In this document: piece after piece, positions 59,919-64,000 of the stretch
Layout of the letters: the number at the start of each line of letters is the position of its first letter
Position numbering within the stretch: position 1 is the first letter of the stretch
Notes under the pieces: model-generated
The model's input: the letters and a program-made list of their open reading frames with translations, nothing else
Told to the model about the DNA's origin: nothing
The model's database searches: none
Translations under genes and position numbers: made by a program
From: Frisingicoccus sp.
GTDB taxonomy: Bacteria > Bacillota > Clostridia > Lachnospirales > Lachnospiraceae
DNA length: 64,000 nucleotides
Strand: one strand, 5' to 3'
Assembly (NCBI RefSeq): GCF_016298055.1
Contig: NZ_JAEDDO010000001.1

Positions 59919-60686
59919 ATGGAAATATTAGTTTGTATTAAACAGGTGCCAGACGATTCTGTTAATGTAAAAATGAATCCAGCTACAGGCGCTCCTGACC
60001 TCAGCAATATTACACCTATTGTAAACGCTTTTGATACATACGCTCTTGAAATGGCTACACGTTTAAAAGAAGCTGTAGGTGGAACAATTACTGTTGTTTG
60101 TGTAGGTCCTGATAAAGCAAAAGATGCTATCAAAACATGTCTTGCAGTTGGTGCAAGCAATGGTTTCATCGTTAAAGATGAAGTTACAGATACAATCAGC
60201 ACAGCAGACGCTTTAGCAAAAGCTGTAGCAAAAATCGAAGAAGCTCAGGGCGTTAAATTCGATCTTATCTTCTGTGGTAAAGAAACAACAGACTGTGCAT
60301 CCGGACAGGTTGGTACAATGTTAGCAGCAAATCTGGATGTTCCTGTAATTCCTAACCTTGTTGATATCGAAGCAATCGATGGCGGTATCAGTGCTAAACA
60401 GGAAACAGAAGAAGGATACAATGTTGTTGAAGCTGCAACTCCATGTGTAGTAACTGTTACAAAACCTGCATATGATCCAAGATACCCAACTATCAAGAGC
60501 AAAATGGCAGCTAGAAAGATCCCGATTGGTGAATTAGAAGTTGGCGGCGTTGCAGCAGCAGCTGTATCCGTTGTCGCTAATGCTGAACCTCCAAAGAAAG
60601 AGGCTGGTATTAAGATTCAGGAAGAAACAATTGGTGATTCTATGGCGAAAGCTATTGCAATGATGAAAGAAGCTAAAGTATTCTAA
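59919..60686 (+). CDS. etfB: Electron transfer flavoprotein beta subunit
   Basis: ILVCIKQVPD, NAFD..ALE, CGKETTD..SGQVG, PRYPT. Confidence 0.95.
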   Translation: MEILVCIKQVPDDSVNVKMNPATGAPDLSNITPIVNAFDTYALEMATRLKEAVGGTITVVCVGPDKAKDAIKTCLAVGASNGFIVKDEVTDTISTADALAKAVAKIEEAQGVKFDLIFCGKETTDCASGQVGTMLAANLDVPVIPNLVDIEAIDGGISAKQETEEGYNVVEAATPCVVTVTKPAYDPRYPTIKSKMAARKIPIGELEVGGVAAAAVSVVANAEPPKKEAGIKIQEETIGDSMAKAIAMMKEAKVF

Positions 60687-60699
60687 AGGAGGAAATGTC

Positions 60700-61659
60700 A
60701 TGGGTTGCAAGAATGTAATGGTATATGTTGAAACAGCAGAAGGCAAGCCAGTCAATGTGGGCCTTGAAATGCTTACAGCTGCTAAAGAAGTTGCTGAAAA
60801 AGTAACTGCTGTTGTTATTGGAGCTGCTGATGCTGCAGCTACAACAATTGCTTACGGTGCTGACGAAGCAATCACAGTTGATGCTGCTGAATACAATACA
60901 GAAGCATATGCTGGAATTATGGCAGCATTAGTTAAAAAATATGCTCCAGAAATGGTATTCGTTGGTGGTACACCAAACGGAAAAGATTTAGGTGCTAGAC
61001 TTGCTGCTACATTAAAAGCTGGTTGTGTAACAGATGTTATCGCTATTAAAGAAGCTGATGGTAAGGTTGTTCTTACAGCTCCACTTTACGGCGGATGCAT
61101 CTATTCTGATTCTACAGTTGATGGTGATGTTGCAATCGCTATCATCCGTGGTGGTGCGTTCAAAAAAGCTGATGAACCAGATACAGCTAAAACAGGTGCT
61201 ATCACAGCAGAAACAGTTGAAGCTGCTGATTTAAGAGCAAAAATCGTTAACAGCGTACAGGAAATCTCTGAAAGCGTTAACCTTGAAGAAGCAGAAATCA
61301 TCGTTGCTGGTGGTAGAGGTGTAGGAAGCCCTGAAAATTATGAACTTGTTAAAGAACTTGCTGGTCTTCTTGGCGGTGTTGTAGGTGCTACACGTCCGGT
61401 TATCGAAGAAGGTTGGATTTCCCGTGCACATCAGGTTGGACAGTCCGGTAAGATTGTTGCTCCAAAATTATATATTGCATTTGGTATTTCCGGTGCTGCA
61501 CAGCATGTTTCCGGTATTACAGGTTCTGACTTCATCGTAGCTGTCAATAAAGATGAAGATGCTCCAATTTTTGAAGTAGCTAACATCGGTATTGTTGGTA
61601 ACTGTATTGATGCATTACAGATTATGATTGAAGAAGTTAAGAAAATGAAATCTGAATAA
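60700..61659 (+). CDS. etfA: Electron transfer flavoprotein alpha subunit
   Basis: [38 protein letters not shown]. Confidence 0.95.
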   Translation: MGCKNVMVYVETAEGKPVNVGLEMLTAAKEVAEKVTAVVIGAADAAATTIAYGADEAITVDAAEYNTEAYAGIMAALVKKYAPEMVFVGGTPNGKDLGARLAATLKAGCVTDVIAIKEADGKVVLTAPLYGGCIYSDSTVDGDVAIAIIRGGAFKKADEPDTAKTGAITAETVEAADLRAKIVNSVQEISESVNLEEAEIIVAGGRGVGSPENYELVKELAGLLGGVVGATRPVIEEGWISRAHQVGQSGKIVAPKLYIAFGISGAAQHVSGITGSDFIVAVNKDEDAPIFEVANIGIVGNCIDALQIMIEEVKKMKSE

Positions 61660-61674
61660 TTCTTTTTCATAAGG

Positions 61675-61705
61675 AAAGCCCAAACGTTTTGCGTTTGGGC
61701 TTTTT
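61675..61705 (+). terminator. Intrinsic terminator
   Basis: AAAGCCCAAACG-ttttg-CGTTTGGGCTTTTT. Confidence 0.85.
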
Positions 61706-61806
61706 ATGAATGAATGCAACCGTTCCGAGCCAACCTCCGGAAGGGTGTGTATTTCGACGGTGTGGCGTGTTTGCTAAATAAAATTATATTTATCGGAGAT
61801 TGTATT

Positions 61807-62274
61807 ATGGACTTGACACATATAAATGATCAGGGACGGGCAAAGATGGTCGATGTCTCTGAAAAAAATGATACACAGAGAATGGCAGTGGCTTATGGGA
61901 AAATCTGCATGAAGCAGGAAACACTGGAAAAAATTAAAAATCAGGATATAAAAAAAGGTGATGTGCTTGGTGTGGCACAAGTGGCGGCTATAATGGCGGC
62001 AAAAAGAACGTTTGAGACGATTCCTATGTGTCATCCTCTCTTTTTGACGGGGGCGGATGTCCGGTTTGATACATATGAAGATGGAATCGGTGTCTATGTA
62101 ACTGTTCGTACAACAGGAAAAACGGGTGTTGAAATGGAGGCCTTAAATGGTGTAAGCGCAGCACTACTGACAGTTTATGACATGTGTAAGGCTATAGATC
62201 GTGGTATGTGTATTGAAAATATATGTTTGATTGAGAAAAATGGCGGTCGTTCCGGACATTTTATCAGAGAATAA
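61807..62274 (+). CDS. moaC: Cyclic pyranopterin monophosphate synthase
   Basis: [32 protein letters not shown]. Confidence 0.95.
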   Translation: MDLTHINDQGRAKMVDVSEKNDTQRMAVAYGKICMKQETLEKIKNQDIKKGDVLGVAQVAAIMAAKRTFETIPMCHPLFLTGADVRFDTYEDGIGVYVTVRTTGKTGVEMEALNGVSAALLTVYDMCKAIDRGMCIENICLIEKNGGRSGHFIRE

Positions 62275-62276
62275 AC

Positions 62277-62304
62277 TTTACAAATAAAAGAATCGTGTTA
62301 TAAT
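62277..62304 (+). promoter_or_regulatory. Extended -10 sigma-A promoter
   Basis: TTTACA-16nt-TATAAT with TG, just upstream of the TPP aptamer. Confidence 0.65.
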
Positions 62305-62312
62305 GAGAAATA

Positions 62313-62391
62313 TGCTAGGGGAGCGAAAGCTGAGAAAGTCTTAGACTTGACCCTTTGAACTTGAGGCGGGTAATACCGACGTAGGGAAGCA
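62313..62391 (+). ncRNA. TPP riboswitch
   Basis: GCTAGGGG..GCTGAGA...ACCC..GAAC.TGA..CGGGTAATACCG.CGTAGGGAAGC. Confidence 0.93.
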
Positions 62392-62408
62392 GTGAATACG
62401 ATGAATTT

Positions 62409-62434
62409 GAGCTTTCCTTTGGAAGGCTCTTTTT
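62409..62434 (+). terminator. TPP expression-platform terminator
   Basis: GAGCTTTCC-ttt-GGAAGGCTC followed by TTTT. Confidence 0.75.
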
Positions 62435-62450
62435 GTTTTGATGGAGGAGA

Positions 62451-63119
62451 ATGAATATGACATTAACAGAAGAATTGTATGAGAGTGCAAAGGATATTTG
62501 GGCGGGTTATCATGAACATCCTTTTGTAAACGGCATTGGAGACGGTAGTCTTCCGATTGAAAAATTCAGATTTTATATGCTTCAGGATTATTTATATCTG
62601 TATGATTATGCAAAAGTATTTGCATTGGGAGTGGTGAAGGCAAGCGAACCATCGATGATTCGAAGATTTGCTGCTTTTGTGGAAGATACCCTGGGCGGAG
62701 AGATGGATATTCATTCCGGATATATGGAGAGACTGGGAATTACAGATGAGGATGTGGCAAGAGCTAAAAAAAGTCTGACGAATGCATCTTATACAAGTTA
62801 TATGTTGGATGTGGGTTTCCGTGGGGATGAACTGGATATTCTTGTTGCCATTCTGTCATGCGCATGGAGTTATGCAGAGATAGGCGACAGATTAAAGAAA
62901 AAATATCCTGAGTCTGTAGATCATCCGTTTTACGGAGAATGGGTAAAAGGGTATACATCCAGAGAATACAATGATATGAATGATGAACTTCTTTATCTTG
63001 TCAATATTCTTGGTGAAAGCACCGGAAAAAAACGCAGAGAAGAATTAAAAGAAATTTTCATAAATTGCAGTCGGTATGAAGCAATGTTTTGGGATATGGC
63101 ATGGAATATGGAGATGTAA
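62451..63119 (+). CDS. tenA: Thiaminase II
   Basis: HPFV, YMLQDYLYL, active-site Cys in LSCAWSY, YEAMFW. Confidence 0.93.
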   Translation: MNMTLTEELYESAKDIWAGYHEHPFVNGIGDGSLPIEKFRFYMLQDYLYLYDYAKVFALGVVKASEPSMIRRFAAFVEDTLGGEMDIHSGYMERLGITDEDVARAKKSLTNASYTSYMLDVGFRGDELDILVAILSCAWSYAEIGDRLKKKYPESVDHPFYGEWVKGYTSREYNDMNDELLYLVNILGESTGKKRREELKEIFINCSRYEAMFWDMAWNMEM

Positions 63120-63121
63120 GT

Positions 63122-63877
63122 ATGCTCGCATTTAAAAATGTAACTTTTCAATACCCTGAAGATGACTATGCAATGATGGAGAATCTTTCCTTTCATGTGG
63201 AGAGAGGCGAGTTCGTTTCTCTGATCGGTGCCAGTGGATGCGGAAAAAGCACGATTTTTCGATTGATTAATCGTTTACTTGAACCAAAGTCCGGGGAAGT
63301 GTATGTGGATGGAAAAGAGATTCATACGATTAAAAGTTATGCCGGGTATATGCCTCAGAAAGATCTTCTTTTTCCCTGGAGGACGATTGAACAGAATCTC
63401 TGTCTTCCTATGGAAATTCAAAAAGTGGGAAAAGCAGAACAGAAACGTCGCGTTGATGAAGTGTTGGTTCAGGTTGGTCTTGAGGCATACAAGGATAAGT
63501 ATCCTAAGGATTTATCCGGTGGTATGCGGCAGAGAATTTCTTTTGCAAGAACACTTTTGACAAACGCAGAATTAATGCTTCTGGATGAGCCTTTCAGTGC
63601 GTTGGATGCTTTAACGCGAATGGATATGCAGGAGTGGCTGCTCGATCAGTGGTATCACTATCATAAAACGATCCTTTTTATTACGCATGATGTTGAAGAA
63701 GCCCTGTTTTTGTCAAAAAAAATATATATTATCACGGAAACACCGATGCATGAGCTGACGATTGTTGATGTGCCGGAAGGATATCCAAGAAATCGAGAGT
63801 TTCTCGGCAGACCGGATATAGAAAAATTAAAAATGGAATTGACGATGCAGTTGAGAAAAGGAGGGCTGAAATCATGA
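63122..63877 (+). CDS. ABC transporter ATP-binding protein (thiamine precursor uptake, ThiZ-like)
   Basis: GASGCGKST, LSGGMRQR, LLDEPF, ITHD; in a TPP-controlled operon. Confidence 0.9.
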   Translation: MLAFKNVTFQYPEDDYAMMENLSFHVERGEFVSLIGASGCGKSTIFRLINRLLEPKSGEVYVDGKEIHTIKSYAGYMPQKDLLFPWRTIEQNLCLPMEIQKVGKAEQKRRVDEVLVQVGLEAYKDKYPKDLSGGMRQRISFARTLLTNAELMLLDEPFSALDALTRMDMQEWLLDQWYHYHKTILFITHDVEEALFLSKKIYIITETPMHELTIVDVPEGYPRNREFLGRPDIEKLKMELTMQLRKGGLKS

Positions 63878-64000
63878 AAAAGTATTTGCCCTCTCTGCTC
63901 TTTATTGCAGCGTTATTATTGATCTGGCAGTTTGCCGCCGGAAGAATGAATGCAGCATACATTCTTCCCACACCTGTTGGGATAATTAAACGTCTCTGGG
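63874..64000 (+). CDS. ABC transporter permease (ThiX-like), truncated by the window end
   Basis: AAGGAGG SD; MKKYLPSLLFIAALLLIWQ...YILPTP, typical of a SsuC/ThiX N-terminus. Confidence 0.75.
   Translation, partial: MKKYLPSLLFIAALLLIWQFAAGRMNAAYILPTPVGIIKRLW

Overview
A 64-kb chromosomal window from a low-GC Firmicute. Gene content and style suggest Clostridia/Lachnospiraceae, and most genes are on the + strand. Housekeeping genes: pth, mfd, prsA, hom, punA, trkAH, murG, mtnN, pgi, dinB, aroK, murA, metK behind a SAM-I riboswitch, a two-component pair, rluA, proS, moaC, and a TPP-riboswitch tenA-ABC thiamine salvage operon. Less ordinary blocks: (1) a Wadjet-III/MksBEF-like SMC trio with no JetD nuclease gene; (2) right after it, a stand-alone ~550-nt AT-rich transcription unit with a perfect sigma-A promoter, an RBS-led Met-Lys-Lys-stop minigene, recurring short motifs and a terminator, which is a candidate long ncRNA; (3) a TPR protein with a degenerate AAA domain; (4) a monoderm Tad/Flp pilus locus, including a pilin missed by the ORF track, a minor pilin with tandem Zn-finger-like repeats and an FHA protein; (5) a histidine kinase with no sensor domain; (6) tandem CBS/DRTGG pyrophosphatase paralogs; (7) dinB apparently starting at an ATA codon; (8) a FadR-regulated 2-hydroxyacid dehydrogenase/acyl-CoA dehydrogenase/EtfBA cluster. 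I found no tRNA, rRNA, CRISPR array, IS element or prophage. All calls come from reading motifs by eye; no searches were run.
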